64,000 nt of DNA from Candidatus Woesearchaeota archaeon. Its GTDB lineage: Archaea > Nanobdellota > Nanobdellia > Woesearchaeales > JAGVYF01. Positions 18,483-29,271 of the stretch are shown here, piece after piece. Location of the stretch: assembly GCA_041650315.1 (NCBI GenBank), contig JBAZLJ010000001.1:280259-344258 (forward strand). The letters are read 5' to 3'. How positions within the stretch are numbered: the stretch's first letter is position 1; every line of letters starts with the position of its first letter. The notes under the pieces are model-generated. The model searched no databases. It had not been told where the DNA came from and worked only from the letters and a program-made list of their open reading frames with translations. Position numbers and translations under genes: made by a program.

Positions 18483-19510
18483 AAGAGGCGGAATTGGGAT
18501 TGAGCTGGTACATAATGGGCAGCGCTCTATTCATGCTGCTTGTTCTGGAGTTCACTTTCGGCGCATTTACAGGGATGACTCAGCTTTTCAAATTGTTTGT
18601 TATCGCTGCCATTACTCTTTTTGTTATCATTCAATCTGCTAATTACGCTGTTGGAGCTATATCGAGCTATGCCAAGACGACTGGCATATCTGATTATCTT
18701 ATCGGTTTCTTGGTAGTATCAATTGGAACGACTTTCCCAGACATAAGCACATCAATATTCGCATCTATCGCTAATCAGGGTTCGCTTGTATTGGGTGAAG
18801 TTTTAGGGGCTAGTATTTTTAGCCTGACATTTGTTTTAGGGTTCATGGCGATAATCGGTGGCAAGGTCAAGATCGATAAATCAATCCAAAAGACTCTGGC
18901 CTTGATACTGACTCTTAGCATGTTCGCGATTATGCTGGGCATTGACGGAATCTATTCGCGCGTAGATGGTTTTGTTCTCTTGACTATTTTCTTGATATAT
19001 GTTTTTATAATGGTGTGGAAAGAAGGTCAGACTGGCAAACTCAAGAAAAGTGTACCTTTCAAATTCTTGTGGACTGATATTGTTGTTTTCGGTGGAGCTT
19101 TATCTGCACTGCTTCTTAGCGCGAGATGGCTTGTGATCACTTCGAGTCAGATTGCCGAGATATTGGAAGTGCCTAGCTTTTTCATAGGGCTTGTTCTGGT
19201 CGCTATCGGGAATACTGTTCCTGAGTTTCTTGTCAGCATAAAAGCTTTGCTTGAAGGTGCAATGGATATAAGCATAGGCAATCTTGTCGGCAGTATAATC
19301 CTTAATTTCTATCTCGTATTAGGTATAGCTGCTGCGGTCGCTCCTATTTATGTTGAGTATTATAGTTTTATGATAAGCGCTTGGCTTTTATTATTCCTTT
19401 TGGCTACTGTGCTTGTGTTCAGCAGCAGGAAAGCCATTAACAGATGGCAAGGATTCTTTTACCTGTTAGCATATGTTATTTTCGTATACGCTCAAATCAA
19501 GGTGATGTAG
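18470..19510 (+). CDS. Na+/Ca2+ antiporter family (YrbG-like)
   Basis: Two alpha repeats GTTFPD and GNTVPE; GNLVGS. Confidence 0.9.
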   Translation: MAELKEAELGLSWYIMGSALFMLLVLEFTFGAFTGMTQLFKLFVIAAITLFVIIQSANYAVGAISSYAKTTGISDYLIGFLVVSIGTTFPDISTSIFASIANQGSLVLGEVLGASIFSLTFVLGFMAIIGGKVKIDKSIQKTLALILTLSMFAIMLGIDGIYSRVDGFVLLTIFLIYVFIMVWKEGQTGKLKKSVPFKFLWTDIVVFGGALSALLLSARWLVITSSQIAEILEVPSFFIGLVLVAIGNTVPEFLVSIKALLEGAMDISIGNLVGSIILNFYLVLGIAAAVAPIYVEYYSFMISAWLLLFLLATVLVFSSRKAINRWQGFFYLLAYVIFVYAQIKVM

Positions 19511-21274
19511 ATGTATAAACCAGAAAGATGGGATTTGAAGGATATATTAAACTCACGCGATAAGGCATTTTCTTTGCTTAAAGTCATTGAGAAGAAAGTC
19601 CGCATTATTGAATCGCACAAATCAAAATTGAAGCCCAATATCTCATCTGAGCTATTCTTGGAAATATTCCGCGAGCTTGAAGAAATAAGCGATATTTCTG
19701 CTCATATAGGGCAATATAGCGGGTTGTGGCTGTCGGCTGATACGAAATCGCAGGAAGCCAAGTCTTTCGGCGCGAAGGTCGATGATATTCTAGTTCCTCT
19801 ATCCAATCGATTGCTGTTCTTTTCCCTATGGTGGAAAGATTTGGATGAGAAGAATGCTCAACGTTTAATCTCTTGTTCTGGCGAATACAGATATTATCTT
19901 GAGAAGGCGCGTAAGTTCAAGCCCTATACATTGTCTGAGCCTGAAGAGAAAGTGATCAATATCAAGGATTCTACCGGCGCTGGTTCTTTGATACAATTGT
20001 ATGAATTGTTGAAGACTTCGTTCAAGTATACTTTGGTTGTGGATGGCAAGCGCAAGATTTTGGGTGAGTCTGAAGTCGTGCAGTATGTGCGCAATAAATC
20101 TCCATCTATGAGAAAGGCGGCCTATGACATATTATTATCAAAATATAAAGAAATATCCGATGAATTCGGTTTCGTGTACCAGACAATGGTCCGCGATCTG
20201 AAGAATGAAAGTATTGATCTGCGCGGGTATAAATCACCTATATCCACACGTAACTTATCGAATGATCTTCCTGATGAGGTTATTGATACTCTGCTCCATG
20301 TATGCCAGAAGAATTACGGGCTTTTCCAGAGGTATTTCAAGCTGAAGGCTAAACTGTTGGGTATGAAGAAGATGTCACGTTATCATATCTATGCGCCTGT
20401 CGGTTCAATTGATAAGAAAATACCTTACGATCAAGCGGTTAATATGGTGTTCACTGCATACAATGATTTCTCGCCTGAGATGTGCTCGCTTATCAAAAAT
20501 GTTTTTTTAAAGAATCATATCGATTCAGAGATACGTCCTAATAAATTGTCTGGGGCGTTCTGCGCTAGTGTGACTCCCTCTGTTGTGCCTTATGTATTGA
20601 TGAATTATACCGGTCAATTACGGGATGTTTCCACTTTGGCTCATGAGCTAGGGCATTCTGTGCATACGATGCTGGCTTCCAAGCATTCTGTGTTCACTTA
20701 TCACTCTTGTTTGCCTCTGGCTGAGACTGCTTCTGTTTTCGGAGAGCAGTTGTTGAATGATTATCTTTTAGAGGAAGAGACTGACACTAAGATACGGATT
20801 AATTTACTTGCGCAGGAAATTGAGGATATGTACGCTACTATTATTCGTCAGTGTAATTTCGTTCTGTTTGAGAAAGAAGCGCATGCGGCTGTTGTTCGCG
20901 GTGAGACAACTGAACAGCTTTCGGATAGGTGGATGAAAGGATTGAAAGCGCAGTTTGGAAGCGCTGTTGAAGTGCCTGATCTCTTCAGATATGAATGGTT
21001 GTATATTCCGCATATTTTCGCCACGCCATTCTATTGCTATGCATATGCATTTGGAAATCTACTTGTATTGGCGCTGTATAACATGTATCTTCGTGAGGGG
21101 AAGTCATTCGTTCCTAAGTATTTGCGGATGCTGTCTTACGGCGGGTCGAAAGCGCCTGTTGCGATTTTACGGGAATTGGGCATAGATCCTGCGTCTGAGA
21201 AGTTCTGGCAGCAAGGATTTGACTTGATCGAGAAGAAGATTGATGAGTTTGAGGGACTGGTGAAGAGGGCATGA
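19511..21274 (+). CDS. pepF: Oligoendopeptidase F (M3B)
   Basis: WDL, GAFC, TLAHELGH, AETAS, W-YIPHIF-PFYCYAY. Confidence 0.92.
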   Translation: MYKPERWDLKDILNSRDKAFSLLKVIEKKVRIIESHKSKLKPNISSELFLEIFRELEEISDISAHIGQYSGLWLSADTKSQEAKSFGAKVDDILVPLSNRLLFFSLWWKDLDEKNAQRLISCSGEYRYYLEKARKFKPYTLSEPEEKVINIKDSTGAGSLIQLYELLKTSFKYTLVVDGKRKILGESEVVQYVRNKSPSMRKAAYDILLSKYKEISDEFGFVYQTMVRDLKNESIDLRGYKSPISTRNLSNDLPDEVIDTLLHVCQKNYGLFQRYFKLKAKLLGMKKMSRYHIYAPVGSIDKKIPYDQAVNMVFTAYNDFSPEMCSLIKNVFLKNHIDSEIRPNKLSGAFCASVTPSVVPYVLMNYTGQLRDVSTLAHELGHSVHTMLASKHSVFTYHSCLPLAETASVFGEQLLNDYLLEEETDTKIRINLLAQEIEDMYATIIRQCNFVLFEKEAHAAVVRGETTEQLSDRWMKGLKAQFGSAVEVPDLFRYEWLYIPHIFATPFYCYAYAFGNLLVLALYNMYLREGKSFVPKYLRMLSYGGSKAPVAILRELGIDPASEKFWQQGFDLIEKKIDEFEGLVKRA

Positions 21275-24120
21275 ATAAGTGGTGGTTGGTTATAATCTAT
21301 CTAGTTATATTCTTAGCATTATTTCTAATCGATGTATCTGCTATTTCGAGAACTAGATTTGATTATGTCGGAACAAATAAGTTCACATACCTCCAAGGCA
21401 GTAATATTACTTTAAATGATTATCCTTCTAAATTAGGTTTGCTTTATCATTTTGATAATCAAAGTGAATATGGGGAAAATGATACTTTCATATATGATTT
21501 TTCAGGTCATGGACGAAATGGTATTATTCAAGGAGCATCTATAAATACAACTCAAGCAAAATATAATTATAGCGTGACTCTTAATTCTGGCGGTGTTCTA
21601 AAAAACGTAACTTTGAATTATACTATACCCGATGGTACTTCCTTCACAATAAATTTTTGGGCGTATAGAGTTGCTTGGGATTCACATAGTTGGTTTTTAG
21701 GCATAGGTGAAGCTGGAACGGAAGATGATTTTATAGGATTAAGCAGTACTGGGACATTTAGATTCGATGGATCTACCAATACTTGCCCTACTTCATATAT
21801 ACTTCCTGCCAATCAATGGACTATGATAACGGTTTCTTGCCAGGATAGCGTTTCAGGAAATCTAGCTCGGTTCTATATCAATGGTACTTTAATTGGAACT
21901 GATACTACTGGTGTTTGTAATGGATATGCGATTACTAGTTTAGGTTATGCTTTTACTGGGACTTATATGTTAATTGGCAATGTTGATGAATTAGCGGTTT
22001 GGGAGACTGTTTTAGATGATTCTGATATTTCGTTATTATATACAAATACATATCCTATATTCCATACGGCGGGGAATTATTCTCAAATATTTCAGAGCTA
22101 TAATAATAGTTTAAATGTAAGTACTGATACTACAGTTAGATGGAGATCATATTTACAAGGCAATTCTTCAATAAATATCTATGCGTGTGTGGGGAACAAT
22201 TATGTGAATTGCAGATTGCAAACAAATGGTGCCTATCTTAATCTATCTCAAAATGGTTCACAGGTCCAAATTCTGGCTGAATTAATTGCGGATCCAGAAA
22301 ATTCTAGTAATCGACCATACCTAGAGATGTTGGAACCACCAAAACTTTCTTTTTATGTAGATAATCAATCCTCTTTGTGTACTGATTCAAATACAATTAT
22401 CTCAGCTATGAATAGGAGTCATTCTTTTTGCACTATTGAAGCGGCAGCTGAATTAGTGGAATCCGATTCTGAGATGATAGTTCGATATGGACAATATTGT
22501 GATGGGATTGCGATAACTAATTCAGGGACTGAATTATATCCTATATTGATTAATGGAGAAACTAGTGTTAATAAACCCATTTTAAATGGGTCATGCGCTG
22601 ACGAATCTAATGGAATAGAACTTCTAGGTGAAGATTATATTAATTATTCTAATTTTGAGATTGTGAATTTCAGTAATGATGCTTTAAATATTCATGGTGA
22701 TAGTATTAATGTGAATTTCCAAGCAATTTATGGGCATGATAACGGCTATAGCCATACTTCAGCGGCAGGAGATTGCATTAGTTTTCATGATACTGCCCAT
22801 GGGGCTATTTCTCGGGATTTGAATTGCAGCAATAATTATAAATCAACAATCGTTGATATACAAAGTTCAATTTCTTATTATTATAATATCTATGGGAAAA
22901 ATAATCGTCTTTATGGCGCTTATTTTTATGGTGCCGCTGAAGGGTCAACTAATGATGTCGCTTATCATGAAATCAACAATATGGTAATAGATGATTCTCC
23001 GGGTTGTTTTTGGAGTGAAGTTGAATCATCAGGTTATGATATTACTTGCAATAATATAACTGGAAAAGGGATATATTTAGCATATAGAAATAATTTGATA
23101 AATAGGTTTAAGGTTAATACTTCAGGCGGTCTTTCAATTAAGATATTGGGCGCGACAATATATAATATAAGTTTAATTGATGGATCTTTCAATGAAAATA
23201 TTACGGTTATCAACTCTACAAATGTCATTTTGACAAATGTTACCTATAATTTAGATAATGAAAGTGTTGATATGAATTCTAAACTAATTCGGAAATGGTA
23301 TTTAACCCTAGGTTCAACTCAGGAAGGAATAACTATCACAGCTAAAAATTCATCAGGGAATTTAATATATTCAAATGTTACTTCTTCTGGAAATTTGATT
23401 TTTTCTGAAGAGGCGTTTATTGGATATATTAATACCGGGGGAAATATTACAAATGAAACTTTGACAATCACAGCTTCTCGAACGGGGTATAATGCCCAAA
23501 ATCAATCAATCATATTAACTAATAATACTAAACTAATTTTTACTTTGACGGGGATTATCTCTCAAATCGACGATTCCTCCTCCGGTGGCGGAAATTATGC
23601 GACGACTGGTGGCGGTTATTCCACGTTCAAACTGACTTCTGGGCAGTTTAAAGAAGGCTATCAGAAAAAGATGTATAAGGATTGGAGAATGAAATTCGAG
23701 GTATTGGGCGAAGGGCATGAGCTGAAAGTGGATAATGTCTTTGATGAATATGCGACTATCACAATCTCAAGCGAGCCTCAGACATTCAATCTGGGTATCA
23801 ATGAGACTAAAAAGCTAGATATGAATAATGACAGCTATTATGATCTATTGGTTTCTCTCAATGATATCGGAGGAATTATTGATAATCACTGGGCGAATAT
23901 ATCGATATCATCCACTCTTGAGAAAATTCCAGTCCGCAAGGAAATAGTCAATGAGAGTATCAATGAATCAATTGAACAAAAATCTGCTATAAGTGAATCT
24001 TCTTTTGCAGAAGAGAATTCTAACATAGGTATTTTCTCTATATTGGGATTGTTGATTATTTTAGTTCTTTTCTTGGCGATACTGAGATTCAGACCTAAAT
24101 CCAGAAGCAAGAAGAAATAG
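21271..24120 (+). CDS. Large surface protein with LamG-like and beta-helix-like domains, C-terminal TM
   Basis: Signal peptide; YHFD...DFSGHGRNG, FTINFW, GNVDELAVW (LamG); FCTIEAAA pectin-lyase-like start; many N-x-S/T sequons. Confidence 0.8.
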   Translation: MNKWWLVIIYLVIFLALFLIDVSAISRTRFDYVGTNKFTYLQGSNITLNDYPSKLGLLYHFDNQSEYGENDTFIYDFSGHGRNGIIQGASINTTQAKYNYSVTLNSGGVLKNVTLNYTIPDGTSFTINFWAYRVAWDSHSWFLGIGEAGTEDDFIGLSSTGTFRFDGSTNTCPTSYILPANQWTMITVSCQDSVSGNLARFYINGTLIGTDTTGVCNGYAITSLGYAFTGTYMLIGNVDELAVWETVLDDSDISLLYTNTYPIFHTAGNYSQIFQSYNNSLNVSTDTTVRWRSYLQGNSSINIYACVGNNYVNCRLQTNGAYLNLSQNGSQVQILAELIADPENSSNRPYLEMLEPPKLSFYVDNQSSLCTDSNTIISAMNRSHSFCTIEAAAELVESDSEMIVRYGQYCDGIAITNSGTELYPILINGETSVNKPILNGSCADESNGIELLGEDYINYSNFEIVNFSNDALNIHGDSINVNFQAIYGHDNGYSHTSAAGDCISFHDTAHGAISRDLNCSNNYKSTIVDIQSSISYYYNIYGKNNRLYGAYFYGAAEGSTNDVAYHEINNMVIDDSPGCFWSEVESSGYDITCNNITGKGIYLAYRNNLINRFKVNTSGGLSIKILGATIYNISLIDGSFNENITVINSTNVILTNVTYNLDNESVDMNSKLIRKWYLTLGSTQEGITITAKNSSGNLIYSNVTSSGNLIFSEEAFIGYINTGGNITNETLTITASRTGYNAQNQSIILTNNTKLIFTLTGIISQIDDSSSGGGNYATTGGGYSTFKLTSGQFKEGYQKKMYKDWRMKFEVLGEGHELKVDNVFDEYATITISSEPQTFNLGINETKKLDMNNDSYYDLLVSLNDIGGIIDNHWANISISSTLEKIPVRKEIVNESINESIEQKSAISESSFAEENSNIGIFSILGLLIILVLFLAILRFRPKSRSKKK

Positions 24121-24159
24121 CATCAATCTTTATAAATCGCCAGTCACTTTGGGATATAT

Positions 24160-25830
24160 ATGTCACAGACTCAGTATTTCGCGGAGATTATCAAGACGCT
24201 GAAAGCTAGCAAGATTGCTAAGATTGATATGACCAATCTGAAGAATAATCTCGCTAAAAAGTTTTCTATTAAAGTGATTCCGACTGATACTGAAGTGCTA
24301 ATGAATGCCGCTGTTTCGGATATTCATAAATTAGGAATATTGCAGAACAAACCTACACGTACGATGTCCGGCGTTTCTGTGATTGCTGTGATGTCGAAGC
24401 CATACAAATGCCCGCACGGCGCGTGCATAATGTGCCCATCAAATGTCTCTAAAGGCGTTCCACAGTCATACACCGGCAAAGAACCTGCTACTATGAGGGC
24501 AATAAGGAATTGCTTCGATCCGTATCTTCAAGTGTTCAATAGATTGGAGCAGTATGTAGTCACGGGCCATAATTTCGACAAGGTCGAATTGATCATCATG
24601 GGCGGCACTTTCCCGAGCTTCAATTACGCTTATCAGAAGAATTTCGTGATGCTTGCTTTGAAAGCGTTAAATGATTTTTCTAAGATGTTCATCAAGAAAA
24701 AAGGCACTATTGATTATGTGAAATTCAAGAAGTTCTTCGAGCTGCCAGGTCCAGTCGGCGATGAAGAACGCACATCATCTGTTCATAAAAAATTGTTGAA
24801 GCTGAAAGGCAAATCAACTTTGATCGCAGAACAACTGCGCAACGAAAAAGCTTTCGTCAAGTGCATAGGAATGACTGTCGAGACGCGCGCGGATTACGGC
24901 AAATTGAAGCACGACAATCGTCTGCTCGAGCTTGGCGTTACTAGAGTTGAATTGGGGATTCAGTCAGTCTATGATTCTGTGCTGAAAACAATCCACCGTG
25001 GACATACAGTCACCGATAATATAGAATCGATTAGAACATTACGTGATCTTGGTTTCAAACTGAATTTCCATTACATGCCTGGACTTCCGGGCGTCAATCG
25101 CAAAAAGGATTTCGAAGGCATGCTTGAGCTATTCAGGAACTCTGATTACGTTCCAGACATGCTGAAGATATATCCCTGCATGGTAATGCCTGAGACTGAA
25201 TTGTACAAATTGTGGAAAGCCGGCAAGTTCAAGCCGATTACAACTTCGGAAGCGGCTGAGATGATTGCTAAATTCAAGGCGTTTGTGCCTGAGTATTGCA
25301 GGATTATGAGAGTTCAACGTGATATTCCTACTTATGTGACTTCGGCTGGCGTTGACAAGACCAATCTGCGTCAGTACGTGTCAGAGTTCATGTTAAAGAA
25401 CAATATCACCTGCCGTTGCATAAGATGCAGGCAGCCGAAAGAGGGAGTTCATTATCCTAAGTACGACATCCATGTGCGTGAGTATGATGCTGCGCATGGG
25501 AAAGAATATTTTATATCAGCGGAAGCTGGCGATTGCTTGCTAGGGTTTTGCAGGCTCAGGTTGCCGTCACAATCACTTCGTAAAGAGATAACTTCGGATT
25601 CTGCGCTTATCCGTGAGCTTCATGTGTATGGCGAAGCTGTTCCTGTGGGTGAAGTTGGCGTTGTGCAGCATAATGGCATTGGTTCGCGTCTTATGAAAGA
25701 AGCCGAAGGCATCGCTAAATCCTACGGCAAGAACAAAATCGTAGTCATTTCAGGTATAGGTGTGCGTGGGTATTACATCAAGAAATTGGGTTATAAGAAA
25801 GATGGCGTCTATGTGAGTAAGAAGATATAA
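24160..25830 (+). CDS. elp3: Elongator protein 3 (radical SAM + acetyltransferase, tRNA U34 modification)
   Basis: RTMSGV, CPHGACIMCP, SYTGKEPA, GGTF, RVQRDIP, RELHVYG, ISGIGVRGYY. Confidence 0.96.
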   Translation: MSQTQYFAEIIKTLKASKIAKIDMTNLKNNLAKKFSIKVIPTDTEVLMNAAVSDIHKLGILQNKPTRTMSGVSVIAVMSKPYKCPHGACIMCPSNVSKGVPQSYTGKEPATMRAIRNCFDPYLQVFNRLEQYVVTGHNFDKVELIIMGGTFPSFNYAYQKNFVMLALKALNDFSKMFIKKKGTIDYVKFKKFFELPGPVGDEERTSSVHKKLLKLKGKSTLIAEQLRNEKAFVKCIGMTVETRADYGKLKHDNRLLELGVTRVELGIQSVYDSVLKTIHRGHTVTDNIESIRTLRDLGFKLNFHYMPGLPGVNRKKDFEGMLELFRNSDYVPDMLKIYPCMVMPETELYKLWKAGKFKPITTSEAAEMIAKFKAFVPEYCRIMRVQRDIPTYVTSAGVDKTNLRQYVSEFMLKNNITCRCIRCRQPKEGVHYPKYDIHVREYDAAHGKEYFISAEAGDCLLGFCRLRLPSQSLRKEITSDSALIRELHVYGEAVPVGEVGVVQHNGIGSRLMKEAEGIAKSYGKNKIVVISGIGVRGYYIKKLGYKKDGVYVSKKI

Positions 25831-25904
25831 TTCTCTTTGTCAAACTAAACCTTTATATATATGCACTACTTTTCGTATATATACAAATATTCGTGTGATT
25901 AAAT

Positions 25905-26063
25905 ATGGCAACATTCACAGTGTCAATACCTGAAGATCTAAAGAAACAGATAGATATGCACCCAGAGATAAATTGGGCGGAATACCTTAAGCAAAGATTT
26001 GAATTACGCCTTAATGAGCTTCATAGATTCGAACAGATGAAAGCTTCAGGGGGACTGAAATGA
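25905..26063 (+). CDS. Small RHH antitoxin-like protein, 52 aa, not in ORF track
   Basis: MATFTVSIPEDLKKQIDMHPEINWAEYLKQ...; GTGA SD; ATGA overlap with next gene. Confidence 0.8.
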   Translation: MATFTVSIPEDLKKQIDMHPEINWAEYLKQRFELRLNELHRFEQMKASGGLK

Positions 26064-26347
26064 CTTCTTTGACATTATCTCTTTCTGAAGAAATGAAAAA
26101 TCAGTTGAAAGCCTATTCTTGGGTAAATTGGAGCGAGATTGCTAGGGAAGAAGCTTTGAAGAAGTTGATATTCGAGAATTATCTCAAAGCGGGAACAATC
26201 ACTGATGAAGAATGGGAATTCTGCGAAAAAATGGATTGGCATCCTACTGATGAACTTCCGTTGAAAAAAGAGTTTGCTGACAAGTTGAAATCCGTCAGAA
26301 AAGAAAAATCTATTAAAGTCAAGTCAGTTTCCAACATATTCAAATGA
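26060..26347 (+). CDS. RHH antitoxin
   Basis: MTSLTLSLSEEMK...VNWSEIAR; directly upstream of toxin with ATGA overlap. Confidence 0.8.
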   Translation: MTSLTLSLSEEMKNQLKAYSWVNWSEIAREEALKKLIFENYLKAGTITDEEWEFCEKMDWHPTDELPLKKEFADKLKSVRKEKSIKVKSVSNIFK

Positions 26348-26613
26348 ATTATGCATTGGAAATAAAACCTTCTTGCCAGGATCAAATTCGTAAATTGTGC
26401 AGGAAGAATGCTTCTTTTGAACTAATCTTGAAGAAAAAGATTGAAGAGATATTATCTGATCCATATCATTTCAAGCCGTTGAGGTATGGTCTTGCTGGAG
26501 AAAGAAGGGTGCATATCATGAAAAGTTTTGTTCTTAAATATGAAATTGATGAGTCTAGAAAGATAGTCACTTTGCTGTTCTTCGGACATCATGATGATGC
26601 TTATCAGAGATAA
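26344..26613 (+). CDS. RelE/StbE-family mRNA interferase toxin
   Basis: DPYHFKPLRYGLAGERRVHI, FVLKYEI, HHDDAY. Confidence 0.88.
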   Translation: MNYALEIKPSCQDQIRKLCRKNASFELILKKKIEEILSDPYHFKPLRYGLAGERRVHIMKSFVLKYEIDESRKIVTLLFFGHHDDAYQR

Positions 26614-26699
26614 GGGAGACTAAAGGGCATTTCTGCAAGAAGGTTTGTTTTCAGAATATTTATATATGGATTGTGCCTTGAGAAGTATAGGTGATATTC

Positions 26700-27410
26700 A
26701 TGAATAAAAAACTAAATTGTATCTTCTTAATCTCAGTTATGGTCATTCTTTTCTCAAGTCTTGTTTCAGCAGATGTTGTTGAAGGCATTCAAGTCTGTCA
26801 AGATCCGAATACAGGCAAGCAGATGAGCGGCGATGCGTGCAAGGGTATTTGTTTATCCGGTTCTAAGTTCGTATATTGCAATGCACCTGCTACAACTACT
26901 GAACCAGTGACTGCACCAACACAAACTGTTCCTACTACAACTGAGCAGATAATCGAACAGTTAGAGATTGAGACTGCTACAGCTAAAGGACAGAGGTATT
27001 TCGAAGAGTATATCACTTTGAAAAATAAATATTCTGAGCTTATAGGTGAGTTATCTGCAAAAGAATTCGAAGAGAAAATGGCTCAGCTCGCTAAGGATAG
27101 CGAATGTTATAATTGCAATACCGGTTGCACTGGTGATTGCGCAGATGAGTTCCAGGCGTGCCTTGATGCGTGTAATGCAGAAAGTGAACTCGCGATGAAA
27201 GAGATTGAAGCAAAATATGCACCTATGAAAGCTGAGCTTGAATCATTACAAAAATCTGAATTAGGTAAATTGCTAACGACTGTGAAAGACTCAAGTGCTT
27301 CTAAAGGCATTCTTTCTGGAATAGGCAGATGGTTCAGGAATCTTTTTGGTCAGATATTCTTCAAGACGAAGACTTCTGATGCTGGTCGAGTGATGACTCC
27401 GGTGTATTGA
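26700..27410 (+). CDS. Secreted Cys-rich hypothetical protein
   Basis: Signal peptide VSA-D, Thr/Pro linker, CxxCxxxCxxxC helix motif. Confidence 0.7.
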   Translation: MNKKLNCIFLISVMVILFSSLVSADVVEGIQVCQDPNTGKQMSGDACKGICLSGSKFVYCNAPATTTEPVTAPTQTVPTTTEQIIEQLEIETATAKGQRYFEEYITLKNKYSELIGELSAKEFEEKMAQLAKDSECYNCNTGCTGDCADEFQACLDACNAESELAMKEIEAKYAPMKAELESLQKSELGKLLTTVKDSSASKGILSGIGRWFRNLFGQIFFKTKTSDAGRVMTPVY

Positions 27411-27441
27411 GAATAAATAAAATAATAAAAATAAAAAGGAA

Positions 27442-29271
27442 TCAGAATCTGAATCTTTTCTTGAGCTGGACGTTCATGTCAGGACGATCTTCTTGGCTGA
27501 TTCCAAGCTCTTCATGCTTGTAGAGGTCGACTTCTAGTCCGCCGATACCTGCAGGCATAGTGATTCCGTAATTCTCGGATTTCCTGTCATTGCCATGAAT
27601 CTGCTTGCCATATTCTGCGAACAATCTGACGCCGCCGATATTCAATCTGATGAAGTCAGTTTTTGTAAGTTCGTCAACAGATTGTCCAGCTTCAACATTG
27701 ACTTTTCCTCTGCCAATTACGACTGAATATTCTTTGCCTTCAAGTTTGCTTGCATATTTCAGCATGATGCCTCTCATAGCTTCATTCAATTTGTGCCTTG
27801 CTTCAACCAGGTCATGTTCTCTGCCTGCGAAGTGGCTGTATCTCAATCTGTCGAGCTCTTTGACATGCTCTAGAAATTGAGCTGCATCGTTCTTGCCGAG
27901 TTTCAGATATATCTCTTGCTCGTTATTTGAATTGACTGATGCAGTGACTAGTTTTGAATTGAAATATACGCCTAAATTGCCTTCAGAATCTTTCATTCCG
28001 ATAAATGGGGTGTATTTGCCAAAAGTTTTCCCTGCGAAAAGATTCAATTGCATATCGCGTGATGTCCTGTCAGTGGCTGTTGTTGTGATTTTACCATCAT
28101 TCTCCACTTCAAGAGTTCCTTTTGTCTCTGTATATACATCAGCGAGATCTACGAAATAGAATGCTTTCTTTCCTTTCCTGTCTACGAACATGTGCGTCAG
28201 TGTACTGTTGCTGATTTCTTCTAGGTCACTGCCTTTGTTTATGTTATGGAATCCATCCAATGATGCGTTGAATCCTAGTTGGAAATCTTCATGCCCTACT
28301 TCTAGATTGGTCTTGTTCATACCGATACCTGCATAGAGGTTCGGTTTGAGTTTCAATGTCATCTGATTAGCGTCAGTATCCTCAAGTGTATAATCCAATA
28401 GATATTCATATCCTGCATATGCTCTGATATCATGGCCTGTCCATTCAGCAGTCCTATTCTCGAAGTCGAATACTATTTTGCCAAGGTCCCATGATGCGCC
28501 AATATCTGCTTTGCCTTTGCCGGTGCCATTCGCTCTCAATATTTTAGCTTGCTCGAATTTGAATTCTGGCGCTTCCATGACTGAATATAATGAAAATTTG
28601 CCTTCAGCAGTTACTTCTCTTTCAAATTTCATGCCCCTAGAAGTTGGTGTGCTGTAACGTTCGAATTGGTTGAATATATTCGGGATTTTTTTAATTCCGC
28701 CCAATGTCTCTGATTCGATATCGAATATATCTTTGAATCTATCTTCTATTCCAGATTGCTTTAGTGCGTCTTGGAACTGCCTGAGCTCTTGAGACAGTTG
28801 CTGTCCTGCGGTTCTAGCTGCTTCGATATCTTTTGATTCTAATGCAGAAAGCAGTTGATTGAATGAGAATTCTGCATTTCTCACCATTGCCGCTTCTGGG
28901 CCGTGCATGAAATTGTCCAGATTGGACTGAAGTTTATGCAGGTCATTCTGCAGATATTTATCAAAATCAAGATTATTTAGATTTTTATATCCAGGGATAA
29001 GCAGATCGAATAGTTTATCTGAATCGCCAATTGTTTGGATGACATCTACAAGGCTTAGATCTTTGTCCATAGTACCATTTATGTTGAAATTAAAATTGGT
29101 TCTGTTCCTGACTGCGCCAGTCTGTTTAGTCTGTAAAGCTTTCACTGAAGGGTCAGTCTGGAGGTATTCAGCGGATTCTGTAGGCCTAGTTGTCACTGTT
29201 TGCGCTTGAGAATTCACAGGCATCATGCTCATCAGGCCTGCTACAATCATTGATAATGTTGGGCGTTTCAT
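27442..29271 (-). CDS. Secreted hypothetical protein with amphipathic beta-strand-rich C-terminal half
   Basis: 609-aa ORF, signal peptide SQA-Q, C-terminal Phe. Confidence 0.75.
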   Translation of the reverse strand: MKRPTLSMIVAGLMSMMPVNSQAQTVTTRPTESAEYLQTDPSVKALQTKQTGAVRNRTNFNFNINGTMDKDLSLVDVIQTIGDSDKLFDLLIPGYKNLNNLDFDKYLQNDLHKLQSNLDNFMHGPEAAMVRNAEFSFNQLLSALESKDIEAARTAGQQLSQELRQFQDALKQSGIEDRFKDIFDIESETLGGIKKIPNIFNQFERYSTPTSRGMKFEREVTAEGKFSLYSVMEAPEFKFEQAKILRANGTGKGKADIGASWDLGKIVFDFENRTAEWTGHDIRAYAGYEYLLDYTLEDTDANQMTLKLKPNLYAGIGMNKTNLEVGHEDFQLGFNASLDGFHNINKGSDLEEISNSTLTHMFVDRKGKKAFYFVDLADVYTETKGTLEVENDGKITTTATDRTSRDMQLNLFAGKTFGKYTPFIGMKDSEGNLGVYFNSKLVTASVNSNNEQEIYLKLGKNDAAQFLEHVKELDRLRYSHFAGREHDLVEARHKLNEAMRGIMLKYASKLEGKEYSVVIGRGKVNVEAGQSVDELTKTDFIRLNIGGVRLFAEYGKQIHGNDRKSENYGITMPAGIGGLEVDLYKHEELGISQEDRPDMNVQLKKRFRF

